From Thermodesulfobacteriota bacterium (GTDB lineage: Bacteria; Desulfobacterota; Desulfobulbia; Desulfobulbales; JAGXFP01), in the NCBI GenBank assembly GCA_039714535.1, contig JBDLJC010000009.1, positions 7,973-71,972 on the forward strand: a stretch of DNA of 64,000 nucleotides, read 5' to 3'. Every line of letters starts with the position of its first letter. The stretch's first letter is position 1. The notes beneath the pieces are model-generated. The model was not told the DNA's origin and made no database searches. It saw nothing but the letters and a program-made list of their open reading frames with translations. Position numbers and translations under genes: made by a program. Below are positions 28,258 to 37,794 of this stretch, in pieces.

Positions 28258-28539
28258 GTGTCGGAAGAGATAAAGTTTGTGCCGTATGCAGTTGCCAAAA
28301 AAATAGTCGGGGAGATTGTTGACGAGGAACATCTTCACGAATCAGATCGGCGGGTTATGACGGTTTATGATGTTGATGGCCGGGAGCTTTGCTGGTTTGA
28401 TACGACCGAGATTATGTCTGATCTTGGTATCACGAAGACTGAGACCGACGAAGCCAAGGCGGCGGCGGTTGAGTATGCCTTGAATCATATCCCGGTCTGG
28501 GCGGTTGAGGAAGTTCTTAGGAGTCTTGAGGGAAAATAA
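28258..28539 (+). CDS. Hypothetical small acidic protein
   Basis: 93-aa GTG-started ORF filling the gap between dgt and the SDR gene. No family recognised. Confidence 0.4.
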   Translation: MSEEIKFVPYAVAKKIVGEIVDEEHLHESDRRVMTVYDVDGRELCWFDTTEIMSDLGITKTETDEAKAAAVEYALNHIPVWAVEEVLRSLEGK

Positions 28540-29355
28540 CTATTCAACTCCTTTCGGCATGGGCGGTACTTTACTGCCGCCCAGCACATAGCCCCCGTCA
28601 AGCCTGAGGGTGGCGCCGGTCATATAGTCGCCGTCTTCAAGGAGATATCTGACCGCCTTGATTACATCCTGGTGCTGGCCTGAGCGACCGACCAGGGTGT
28701 GGTTGATGATGGCCTGCTGCTCTGCCGGTGACAGGAGACCCCAGCCTCTGGTGGTCTCGGCGTGTCTCGTTTCGAAAAAACCAAGCATTAGTTCATTCAC
28801 CCGGACTGTTGGGGCTGCTTCCCTGGCCCAGGTTTCGGTCAGCAGGGAGATGGCCCGGTTGGCGGCGCTGTACCCGTCGTTGAAAATCAAGGCAGCCGGG
28901 CCGGAGCGTCCTACCAGACCGGCAATCGATGAGATATTGATGACCGCCCCGGCGCCGGAGTCTTTCAATAAGGGCAGGGTCTGTTTGAATATCCAGCGCT
29001 TGGCCTTGAGCGTTGTCTCAAGCTCCAGATCCCACTGGTCGGAGGTGTATTCCCCGTGCACTATCGGCATGCCGCCGCGTTCGATGTTATTTATAAGGAT
29101 ATCGAGGCGCTCGAATTTACTGTTTATCTCCGTAACCAGATTTTCCACCTCGGCCGGGCTGCGCAGGTCGGTCTTGATGGCCAGATGATCACTGCCCAGT
29201 TCCGCCAGTTCCCGGCAGGTTGCCGCTGACTCTTTGGGCCAGTCAAAGTAGGTGATTGCAACGGTGACGCCCCGGCCTGCCAGGTAAAAAGCGATCTCTT
29301 TGCCGAGGCCTTTGGTGGCCCCCAGAACCAAGGCGCATTTGTTTTTGAGGTTCAT
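28540..29355 (-). CDS. Short-chain dehydrogenase/reductase family oxidoreductase
   Basis: Rossmann motif LGATKGLGKE and NISS…YSAAN region. The canonical YxxxK reads YSAAN(R) here. Confidence 0.8.
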   Translation of the reverse strand: MNLKNKCALVLGATKGLGKEIAFYLAGRGVTVAITYFDWPKESAATCRELAELGSDHLAIKTDLRSPAEVENLVTEINSKFERLDILINNIERGGMPIVHGEYTSDQWDLELETTLKAKRWIFKQTLPLLKDSGAGAVINISSIAGLVGRSGPAALIFNDGYSAANRAISLLTETWAREAAPTVRVNELMLGFFETRHAETTRGWGLLSPAEQQAIINHTLVGRSGQHQDVIKAVRYLLEDGDYMTGATLRLDGGYVLGGSKVPPMPKGVE

Positions 29356-29437
29356 ATTGATTGCTGCTGAATTTTGGTTGCTGGCTGGTGATATCCGGAA
29401 AGAATCAAGGTTGACCTGGCCATCTTAGTCCGGGAGG

Positions 29438-31219
29438 TTAAGCGTCTAGATCGTCGTGGTTCTTGAGCAGCAGGCGGCGGCCCGGGTAAATCTTGTTGCC
29501 TTCTATATTGTTCCAGCGCCTGATCTTTGCTGGAGTGGTCTGGAATCTTTTCGCAATCTCCCACAGGGTGTCGCCGTTGATGACATGGTAATAGGTGAGA
29601 CGTGGGTTTTCGGCGCTTGAGTTCCGTTCAGTTGCAGGCCTTGACTTTTTGCCGGTTGTGATGACGTTTGCAGCAGTGTTCTGGAGGTAAAAAGCGAGCT
29701 GTTGGCCTGCCCGGATCCGGCTCAGATCTTCCAGGCCGTTCCAGGCCGCGATCATATGAGAGGGGACGTTGTATCTCCTGGCCAGCTCCGAAATGGTTTC
29801 CCCTGGCCGTATTTTATGGATGACGAGGTTCTCCGGCAACATTTCGGCCGGGGCGAGACCGGCGGTTATCATGCTTTCATCGAGAAGTTTGTAGCTTGTG
29901 GTCCGGAAGGGAATTCTTAACCTTTTCCCAGCTATCAGCACACTGCTTCTCAGGTTGTTGGCCTTGAGCAGGGTCTTTTTGTTGATGTTGTATTTGTTGC
30001 AGATCCGGGAGACGGAGTCGCCCCTTTTGATCACATGGGTTTTGTACTTGGTGCTGACGGTCGCTTTTACCCTTGGCAGATTTCTGGCGATCAGCTCTTT
30101 TTTATCGACTGGGACCTTGATCGAGTAGAGGTTCTTGCCCGGCGGGGTGATAGAGCGCCGCAATTGCCGGTTCAAATTGCGAATATCTTCAAGGGGTTCG
30201 TCTCCGGCCAGGGCGACAGCCTGCATGGAGGTCCAACGGGGAACCTTCAGAGTTGCAAAGGTCAGTGGCTCATCATAGGCAATATCAGTGAAACCGTAGC
30301 TTTCCGGATCTTTGGCAATAATGATGGCGGCGATCAGCTTGGGGACATAATATTTGGTCTCTTTGTGGAGGTGCGAGCCCTTGATCAGCTGCCAGAAATC
30401 CCTGGAGCCTGTTTTTCTGATGGCCCGCCGGATCCTGCCGCCGCCGGCATTGTACGCGGCCACGGCCAGTTGCCATGAGTCGAATTCGCGATGCAGATCG
30501 GCCAGAAAATTAATGGCCGCTTTGGTTGATTTTATCGGGTCACGCCTTTCATCAACATAATTATTAATACTTAACTTGTAAGCCCGACCGGTTCTGCGCA
30601 TGAATTGCCAGGGGCCGACGGCTTTGGCTCTTGAATAGGCGGTGAGCCGGTAGCCGCTTTCGATCATGGGCAGGTAGGCCAGGTCAAGGGGCAAGCCGGC
30701 TTTGCCCAGTTCTTCCTGGATCATAGGCAGGTAGCGCCCTGAGCGTTCCAGCCATTTTCTGAAAGTTTTGTGCAGGGAGTTCTGGAATTTGTCGAGGAAG
30801 AATTCTACATGGCTATTGATCGTGATTGGGAAGTCATATTTAATCTCGGGCCTACTTGCCTGAATGACTTTATCACTGATGGCGCCGACATCGTTTTCAA
30901 GGGAGAGGGCCTCCGCCGGGCTTGGCAGGGGGATCTCTTCACTGGCCAGGGGTTCAAGTTCGTTATCGGTTATCTGCTCAAGATCTTCTGCTACGATTTT
31001 GCTCAGAGTGATTCCGCTGGTCTCTTCCAGAAAATCGGCAAGCCTATAAGTGGAACCAGTATCGGTATCGGCTGCAGGGGGTGTTGGCGCGGTGGATGCT
31101 TTTTGCAAGACCGGGCTGCAACCCCAGAGCAGAGCAACGAAAACAACAAATGCGATATTCCATAACCGGTGGACGGCTTTATTGTAAAAGGATTTATTTG
31201 CAGTGTCAGAAAAATTCAT
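29438..31219 (-). CDS. Membrane-bound lytic murein transglycosylase with LysM repeats (MltD-like)
   Basis: N-terminal anchor. SLT catalytic region LPMIESGY…AYNAGGGR. Three LysM-like repeats (HVIKRGDSVSRI…, HKIRPGETISEL…, YHVINGDTLWEI…). Confidence 0.85.
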   Translation of the reverse strand: MNFSDTANKSFYNKAVHRLWNIAFVVFVALLWGCSPVLQKASTAPTPPAADTDTGSTYRLADFLEETSGITLSKIVAEDLEQITDNELEPLASEEIPLPSPAEALSLENDVGAISDKVIQASRPEIKYDFPITINSHVEFFLDKFQNSLHKTFRKWLERSGRYLPMIQEELGKAGLPLDLAYLPMIESGYRLTAYSRAKAVGPWQFMRRTGRAYKLSINNYVDERRDPIKSTKAAINFLADLHREFDSWQLAVAAYNAGGGRIRRAIRKTGSRDFWQLIKGSHLHKETKYYVPKLIAAIIIAKDPESYGFTDIAYDEPLTFATLKVPRWTSMQAVALAGDEPLEDIRNLNRQLRRSITPPGKNLYSIKVPVDKKELIARNLPRVKATVSTKYKTHVIKRGDSVSRICNKYNINKKTLLKANNLRSSVLIAGKRLRIPFRTTSYKLLDESMITAGLAPAEMLPENLVIHKIRPGETISELARRYNVPSHMIAAWNGLEDLSRIRAGQQLAFYLQNTAANVITTGKKSRPATERNSSAENPRLTYYHVINGDTLWEIAKRFQTTPAKIRRWNNIEGNKIYPGRRLLLKNHDDLDA

Positions 31220-31653
31220 GGTCTCTTATATACCAATAAGTGGAACTCATTTCCAGAACTCTTTGCTGGCGCGGGCTTAAATAAGCGGGGCTGGTTTTGT
31301 TGATTGGGTGTTTCAGGTGGGCACTTTGGGTAATTATCAGCCAACCATCAAGATGCTCCGCCCCGATGCTGTTTGCCTCATTGAAGTAATCGTTACTGAT
31401 AAAAGGCGTTTTTAATTTAGTGCGACTAAATATGCAACGAAAAAGGTTGTGACTTGATTTTGTGTGAAAAATCGTGGACAATGTGCGATTGCAAATCGAC
31501 AAAATGTCGATAGGATAACTATGGAATTTGAGCTTGCCTGACCATCCTGATATTGCTATTGGATCCCCTTTGGGTGCTGTTTAAGAGACTGTCATGGTTA
31601 GTTTTACAAAATCATCAATGCCGTATTCGGCATTCGTATTGAACTGATATATT

Positions 31654-34600
31654 ATGTTAAAAAGATTCTCTTTTCTAATGCTGGCAATAGGTGTATTTGC
31701 CGGCGTGGTTGGATTTTGCCTTTTTTACTGGCAGGTAGTTTTCTCGCCGGGGGGTGACATCCGCCAAGCCAGCATCGACAAGATTCTGGCCGTGGAAAGT
31801 CCTATTATGTACAGTGGTGGCAAGGACAAGATCGGGGTCTTTTTCGAGACTTCTCATCGGCAGTACGTCTCCTACGACCAGATTCCCAGGGATTTCATTA
31901 ACGGGATCGTCTCCTCTGAAGATAATAAGTTTTTTGAGCACCACGGCTTCGATTTATTCGGGGTTCTCAGGGCCTTGGTGGCAAACATCCGGGCCGGCAG
32001 GGTGGTGCAGGGTGGCAGCACTATTACCCAGCAGACTGCCAAAAATCTGTTCAAACGTAAAGATCGCTCCATTCTTTCCAAGCTTAAAGAACTGCTTTTT
32101 GCCCTGCGCCTGGAATATCATTATCCCAAGGAAAAGATTCTGGAATTTTATGCCAACCAGTTCTATGTGAGTGGTAATGGCCGTGGTTTTGGGGTTGCGG
32201 CCCGTTATTATTTCAATAAAGACGCCGCTGATCTGGATCTTTTGGAATGCGCCTTTATTGCCGGGAGTGTTAAAAGACCCAACTACTACAATCCTTTTAT
32301 TAAAAGAGGCGAAACAGCTAAGGCCCTGGCCCGGGAGAGATCGAAGGAGAGGGTCAAATATGTCCTGGGACAGATGCTTAAGAACGACCTGCTTACCTTG
32401 GATGTTTATGATGACATCGTCGACCGGGAAGTTCCTTTTGAGCAAGGCAAGATGTATTTTTCCCTCAATACGATAATGGACATGGTTAAGGAGGCAATGG
32501 CCGAGCCGGAGATTGTTGCGGCTCTACATGAACACGGGATTGATAATGTTGCGACCTCGGGAATTAAGATCGTTACCAGTATCGAGAAGAATATCCAGAC
32601 GGAAAGTTTTGCCTCTTTACGCCAAGAACTTTCCCGCCTTGATGTCAGATTGCGGGGCTATGAACACGACGTGGTTCAGGATGAGTACCTGGAGTTGACC
32701 CGCAGGAAAAATCGGGACAGGGACCCGGGCAGTTTTCATTTTGGGCGAATTGTCAGTATCGAAGCCGCAGATGGTTCTCCGCCCAAGGTTTGGGTGTCTT
32801 TGTCGGACTCTGATGAGTACCCTCCCGATGGGTATATTGATAAGAAAGGGTTGATGAATCTGGTCGTGCCGTTGGTCAAATATGAGAAAAACCGTTGGAC
32901 GGAGGCCCAAAAGAAGGACCTGCCAAAATTCATGGCCAAGCTTAGTGTCGGTGATCTTGTCTACACCAGCGTCCGCCGGGTTGATGCTGAAAGCGGTGAG
33001 ATGGTCATGGACCTGGAGAAATACCCGCTTCTCCAGGGGGGGGTGTTGGCCATGCGTAACGGGATGATAAAAGCGATGGTCGGCGGCATGGATAACCGCT
33101 ACTTCAACAGGGCCATTACGGCCAAAAGATCCATGGGTTCAGTGGTTAAGCCCTTGGTCTACAATGCGGCGCTGCAGTTGGGCTGGAACAGCATTGACGT
33201 TCTTAATAACGAGAGGGATGTTTTCGTTTATCAAAAGAAGTCGTATTTTCCGCGGCCTGATCACCAAAGTCCTTATAAGGGGGTCTCGATGAGCTGGGCC
33301 GGGGTCCATTCGGAAAATATTGCGACAATCTGGCTGTTATCCCATCTTTGTGATCGCCTTACTCCCATCCAATTTCGGAATGTTGTCGATTATCTGGGGC
33401 TCAGTCAATTACCTGAAGAGTCTGACCGTGATTATCAGCGGCGGGTTCGAGATAAATATGGAGTGGTTGTTGATGATGGCGCCTATTATGAGGCTGCTTT
33501 TGAGCGGGCCATTGCCGAACTTGAACCGGATCTCATCTTTGCGGGGCGACTGGATGAGTATGAGACTATCAGCAAGCTTCATTACGGCAGATATTTTAAC
33601 AGGTTCTTTTCTGAAGTTGATGTGGATTTAGGCTTGGTCGAAAAGGATGAATCTGCCGGAGAGGAAGAGGTAGAAGAAGAGAAAGAGCTCAGCCGCCGGG
33701 AGAAAGCGGAGAAAAAGAAGGAAATTAAGAAAAAGAAGAAAGAGGCCAAGCTCAGAAAGACGATTCTGAAACGGAATTTTCTGAGATTTAAAAAACAAGC
33801 GGATGATCTCAAGCAATTGCGCAGTTACTTTCATGAGGTTACTGTCAATCGGGATAATGGTGAGCTGACAGATGAGACCTCCCTGTACCGTGATCTGGTT
33901 ACCGGCAACTATATCTATTTTGACAAGGACGAGGTCTTCGGTGACCAGGAGCTGGATGAAGAGCAAGAGTTGCCCGGTGACCAGGAGGAGTTGGGTGAAG
34001 ATGCAGAACTGACCCTCGACCCGGAAGAGGTTGTCAATCCTGTTCCTGAAGATTGGGAAATGGTCGGCAGAGGTGAGTTGGCAAACCTGCTTGATTCGTT
34101 CTATGCTGAGCAGTCGTTTTCTTTGTTCTTTGGCGCCCAGCCGTTCTCTATGAATGCTGCTCGGGGTACGGAGAAGGAGAATGAATTCTGGGGTTCTGTG
34201 CTGATAGATAATTCTTTAGCTGCCGGGACCGTGGATATTATCAGTGAAGCGTTAAGTCGCGAGTACAAGCAGTTGCAGAAGCTCGATCCCTATGGGGCTG
34301 AGTTCCTTTATAATGTCCGTGATTTCAAGACGATGGTCGCCCTGCAATATATGATCGGTCTGTGCCGGGCTATTGGCATTGAGAGTGATTTGGCTCCGGT
34401 TCTTTCCTTTCCGTTAGGATCCAACGTTATGAGTCTTCTTGATGTGGCTCGGGCCTATGAGAGCATGTTGAGCGGGGTCAGCAAGCGCTATGGTCAGCCC
34501 GGGAGCGGGGTAGGATTGGCAATTATTGAAAGTATCGAGAATCTTGACGGCGAAGTTATCTATGAGCCTTCGCTGGTTGAAACCCAGGTGGTTTCCCCTG

Positions 34601-35208
34601 AAACAAAGATTGCTATAAGTGATATCCTGAGGAGAGTTATTAAATTCGGAACCGGGCGCTTTGCCGACCGGAATGTGCGGTTGCGGAGCAGCGATTCCCA
34701 GAAAGACAGGCAACTGGTTAATCTTGGCGCCCATGTGCCGTTGGCCGGGAAAACCGGTACGGCCAACAGCTTCATGAATGCCAGTTTTGCCGGCGGTGTG
34801 CCGGGGGTAGGCCCGAACGGTATTTTTTCCTTGGCGGAGGGATATGTTTTGACATCCTATGTCGGTTTCGATGATAATACCCCGATGGTTAGAAATACAA
34901 CGCACCTAACCGGTGCGAGTGGATCTCTGCCGCTCTGGTCCAGGATTGCCAGTAAGATATTATTCGAGAATGATTATGCCTCCCGACTGGAGCTGGTTGA
35001 TATTTCTTTCTCTGACCAAATCGAGTTCCCTCTGCACTATCCCGATGTCGGTCAGGTAGAGATTCCGGTTGATCCTGGTCGTGGTGGAATTGCCGGTAAC
35101 GGCGACGATACGGGGGCTTCTTTGATTACTTTCGGTGAAAAGATTAGTAGTGGTCGGATCAAACCGACCAGATTTTTTAAGCCTTATTGGCTGGTGGGAG
35201 ATAACTAG
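31654..35208 (+). CDS. Class A penicillin-binding protein (glycosyltransferase GT51 + transpeptidase) with a large charged insertion
   Basis: 1184 aa. GT51 motifs EDNKFFEHHGFD and GGSTITQQ. Transpeptidase motifs S496-V-V-K and K1033-T-G lie 537 aa apart, with an E/K/D-rich low-complexity segment between them. Confidence 0.85.
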   Translation: MLKRFSFLMLAIGVFAGVVGFCLFYWQVVFSPGGDIRQASIDKILAVESPIMYSGGKDKIGVFFETSHRQYVSYDQIPRDFINGIVSSEDNKFFEHHGFDLFGVLRALVANIRAGRVVQGGSTITQQTAKNLFKRKDRSILSKLKELLFALRLEYHYPKEKILEFYANQFYVSGNGRGFGVAARYYFNKDAADLDLLECAFIAGSVKRPNYYNPFIKRGETAKALARERSKERVKYVLGQMLKNDLLTLDVYDDIVDREVPFEQGKMYFSLNTIMDMVKEAMAEPEIVAALHEHGIDNVATSGIKIVTSIEKNIQTESFASLRQELSRLDVRLRGYEHDVVQDEYLELTRRKNRDRDPGSFHFGRIVSIEAADGSPPKVWVSLSDSDEYPPDGYIDKKGLMNLVVPLVKYEKNRWTEAQKKDLPKFMAKLSVGDLVYTSVRRVDAESGEMVMDLEKYPLLQGGVLAMRNGMIKAMVGGMDNRYFNRAITAKRSMGSVVKPLVYNAALQLGWNSIDVLNNERDVFVYQKKSYFPRPDHQSPYKGVSMSWAGVHSENIATIWLLSHLCDRLTPIQFRNVVDYLGLSQLPEESDRDYQRRVRDKYGVVVDDGAYYEAAFERAIAELEPDLIFAGRLDEYETISKLHYGRYFNRFFSEVDVDLGLVEKDESAGEEEVEEEKELSRREKAEKKKEIKKKKKEAKLRKTILKRNFLRFKKQADDLKQLRSYFHEVTVNRDNGELTDETSLYRDLVTGNYIYFDKDEVFGDQELDEEQELPGDQEELGEDAELTLDPEEVVNPVPEDWEMVGRGELANLLDSFYAEQSFSLFFGAQPFSMNAARGTEKENEFWGSVLIDNSLAAGTVDIISEALSREYKQLQKLDPYGAEFLYNVRDFKTMVALQYMIGLCRAIGIESDLAPVLSFPLGSNVMSLLDVARAYESMLSGVSKRYGQPGSGVGLAIIESIENLDGEVIYEPSLVETQVVSPETKIAISDILRRVIKFGTGRFADRNVRLRSSDSQKDRQLVNLGAHVPLAGKTGTANSFMNASFAGGVPGVGPNGIFSLAEGYVLTSYVGFDDNTPMVRNTTHLTGASGSLPLWSRIASKILFENDYASRLELVDISFSDQIEFPLHYPDVGQVEIPVDPGRGGIAGNGDDTGASLITFGEKISSGRIKPTRFFKPYWLVGDN

Positions 35209-35209
35209 G

Positions 35210-36313
35210 ATGAATATCAAGGTTTGGTCGTTTTGTTTTATGTTTTTTGCTGTTGTGGCTTTTACGGGGAGTGGTTGCGCCCCGCAAAAGGTCCAGTTGG
35301 TTCCCAGGACAATAGAACCGGTTGTTTTGGATGCCGTTGAAGATCAGGTCCCTCTGACCGATATGGAATTTCAGTATGAATCTCCGCAAGCTGAATTGTC
35401 GGCAACCAAAGCCGAGCAAACCCAGGTGTTGCCAAGTGTTCCTTTTGTTGATCAGCGGATGATGGTTTATGCCGATAAGTTTACAAGTTGGGAGACCCTT
35501 TCTTTACAGGTTGCGGCGCTTGACTTGAGTGACAGGCTGCCACCCCAGTGGGACCAATGTCTGGCTGGTATCGCGGAAGTGTTTCGTGGTTATAGCGTCT
35601 TGATGGAGGCGCTATTGGCCCAAGACACCCAGGCTGTTATGGCCGGGCAGCTTGGGGTGGATCCGTGGCTGATTTATCAGAATGATATTGTCTTTCTGGA
35701 AGGGGAGTGCCAACAGGTCTTTACAGATGGTGCTGTTGTTCTGGGCGGTGCTCAAGAGAAGCACGGAGCCAATACTGAGTTCGAGGAAGGCACGGCCGTT
35801 GCAACTCAGCACCCTGGTGGTGGGCTTTCCAAGAAGACCATAGCCGCCCCCCGGAAAGGGGATTCCCAACCTAAGCAGAAGCTTCTCTCGGCGGCAGATC
35901 GATCCGGACAATGGGATAAGGCGGTATTGTTATTGGAGTCGGGGCAATATGATGACGCTATTGATGCCTTTGGGATGTTGTTTAACACGGAATATGATAT
36001 CCCGGCCCGGGCGAATATCCAGAAAGCGGCTGAGGTCGCATCTGTCGGGATGAGGCGTAAGTCGGCCAATATCTTTGTTAAGGCCCGTAGAGAAATGGAG
36101 TATGAGCTGAAAAAGGAACTTCTTCGTGAATCGTGGCAACTCCTTCATGATATAACGGTCAAATACCCCGAAGTTAAGTTGATCGGCAAGGTCAGACAAA
36201 ATCTGCTTATAATCGAAAAACATATCGATGGTTTTGACCCGTTGATGCTTCAGGAGTTGAGGCCGGTTGCGGGCGCAGCCCAAGAGGATCTTCCTGAGGA
36301 ATACCTGTACTGA
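35210..36313 (+). CDS. Hypothetical lipoprotein
   Basis: ATG 35210 lies 2 nt after the PBP stop. Signal peptide with lipobox FTGSGC. The helical C-terminal half is possibly TPR-like. Confidence 0.6.
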   Translation: MNIKVWSFCFMFFAVVAFTGSGCAPQKVQLVPRTIEPVVLDAVEDQVPLTDMEFQYESPQAELSATKAEQTQVLPSVPFVDQRMMVYADKFTSWETLSLQVAALDLSDRLPPQWDQCLAGIAEVFRGYSVLMEALLAQDTQAVMAGQLGVDPWLIYQNDIVFLEGECQQVFTDGAVVLGGAQEKHGANTEFEEGTAVATQHPGGGLSKKTIAAPRKGDSQPKQKLLSAADRSGQWDKAVLLLESGQYDDAIDAFGMLFNTEYDIPARANIQKAAEVASVGMRRKSANIFVKARREMEYELKKELLRESWQLLHDITVKYPEVKLIGKVRQNLLIIEKHIDGFDPLMLQELRPVAGAAQEDLPEEYLY

Positions 36314-36401
36314 GGTATTCCGAGAAGGTTGCAGTGATTTTCCCCGCCCGACTTTTCAGAGCGGTGGTTTTATGCACGACCTTGTCCGTAGCCTGAATTC
36401 A

Positions 36402-36429
36402 AGAGGGCGGTTATCTTAAACCGCCCTCT
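36402..36429 (+). terminator. Hairpin terminator candidate
   Basis: Perfect 9-bp GC-rich stem AGAGGGCGG-ttatcttaaa-CCGCCCTCT, 89 nt after the lipoprotein stop. The T-tail is weak. Confidence 0.5.
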
Positions 36430-36884
36430 ATTAACGTTCCCGTCAGCAACTCTCATCTCCTTCTTTCAAACAACCAATTATTCTGCGGCAATTTGCCATA
36501 TGCGCTACCTTGCCAGGTTGTAGCAAGTTTAGTGTGCTTTCAATGTTAGTCAAACTGTTGTGAAACGGCAGCTGTAACCCTGCCCAAGACAAAAAGAAAC
36601 CAATAAGATATCAACGACTTACTGCTTTACTTTATCCGGCACACATCGTTATCATTGAATAACTTGTTTCTGCTACTATCCGAAGTTTTCCTGGCCTGGA
36701 TCTGTTTTTATAGGGAGGTCGTTATGTTGGTTATTTGTCCTGCGAAATCCAGTCTGATTCAAAACTGAAGAAACGTCTGTCTTGAATCAGTAAGAGGCTA
36801 ATGATCTCCTGTCTGCATCATTGGTCTTATCTCATTCTCGACCTGTCTCGAGACGATTAAATAAACTTTCTGATTTGCGGGAAG

Positions 36885-37511
36885 TTAGAAGTTAATGATG
36901 GCACATTTAATGTCGCTCAACTGGACTCCCGGTGGGTTTCTCAAGTTTTTCTCGATCTCCAGAAGTTTCAGCTTGATCGCCAGCTCTCCGGCAAAGCCGC
37001 CCGGGCCATTGGCCGCTACTACTCTATGACAGGGGATGATCAAGGCCAGAGGGTTTTGATTGCAGGCTCGGCCGACAGCTCGGGCTCCTCCCGGTGATCC
37101 GGCGGTGGTGGCCAGTTCGCCATAGGTTATTGTCTCTCCCGGTTTGATCAGACTTATCAGGCGCCATATCTTCTGCTGGAATTCGGTGCCGTTCTTCAGG
37201 AAGGGATTATGGTCGAAATCCGGGGCCGGTTTTTCTGGGCCACCGCCAAGCATTCGATGTACCAGTTTCTTGATATGGATGATTTCATTGTTTGCTCTGG
37301 CCAACTCAGCTTTTGCCATGAATTGTCTTATTGTCTTGAGTGCCTGGTGGTGAACTTCTCTGGAAAAAGACAGGTGGATAATGGTGTCATTGTTAATGAT
37401 TACCAAGAATTCCAGGAACTTGTACCTGCATAATGCCGAGTAATAAGAGTCGTCAGCCAGGCTCGTTGTGGCGCTATGTGCAGGGTTTGTCGGGTGCATT
37501 TTATGGTCCAT
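36885..37511 (-). CDS. ogt: Methylated-DNA--protein-cysteine methyltransferase
   Basis: C-terminal active site IPCHRVV preceded by an HTH-like segment ITYGELA. The N-terminal extension has no recognisable family. Confidence 0.85.
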   Translation of the reverse strand: MDHKMHPTNPAHSATTSLADDSYYSALCRYKFLEFLVIINNDTIIHLSFSREVHHQALKTIRQFMAKAELARANNEIIHIKKLVHRMLGGGPEKPAPDFDHNPFLKNGTEFQQKIWRLISLIKPGETITYGELATTAGSPGGARAVGRACNQNPLALIIPCHRVVAANGPGGFAGELAIKLKLLEIEKNLRNPPGVQLSDIKCAIINF

Positions 37512-37794
37512 TCTTGCCTGTCTGGCTGTTATCTTTTTATCGTTATCTTGTCTTTAAGGAGAATTGATTATACAACAATGGCCAAGATCTTCTCGATCAT
37601 TATCTGGTTAACATAATATCTTCGGGTAGTTACGTGTGAAACTTTTTGAGGATTTCCTTGCTTTTTGTTGTGGGGCCGTTTATCTAACTGTTAGAGGCTT
37701 GATGTTTACTGCCTGAAAGACGGTAATGTTGTCTGCGCTGAGAGACTGTAAAGGTTTGTTTTTAAGATGAAGTGGCTGGGCGGGATACCCCACT

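Noticed and set aside
33616-34060. E/K/D-rich stretch as a separate gene, tandem DNA repeat or mis-assembly
   Set aside because: It is in frame and continuous with PBP motifs on both sides. The DNA is not a simple tandem repeat; it uses varied GAA/GAG/AAA/AAG codons. It is therefore kept as an internal insertion of the PBP.
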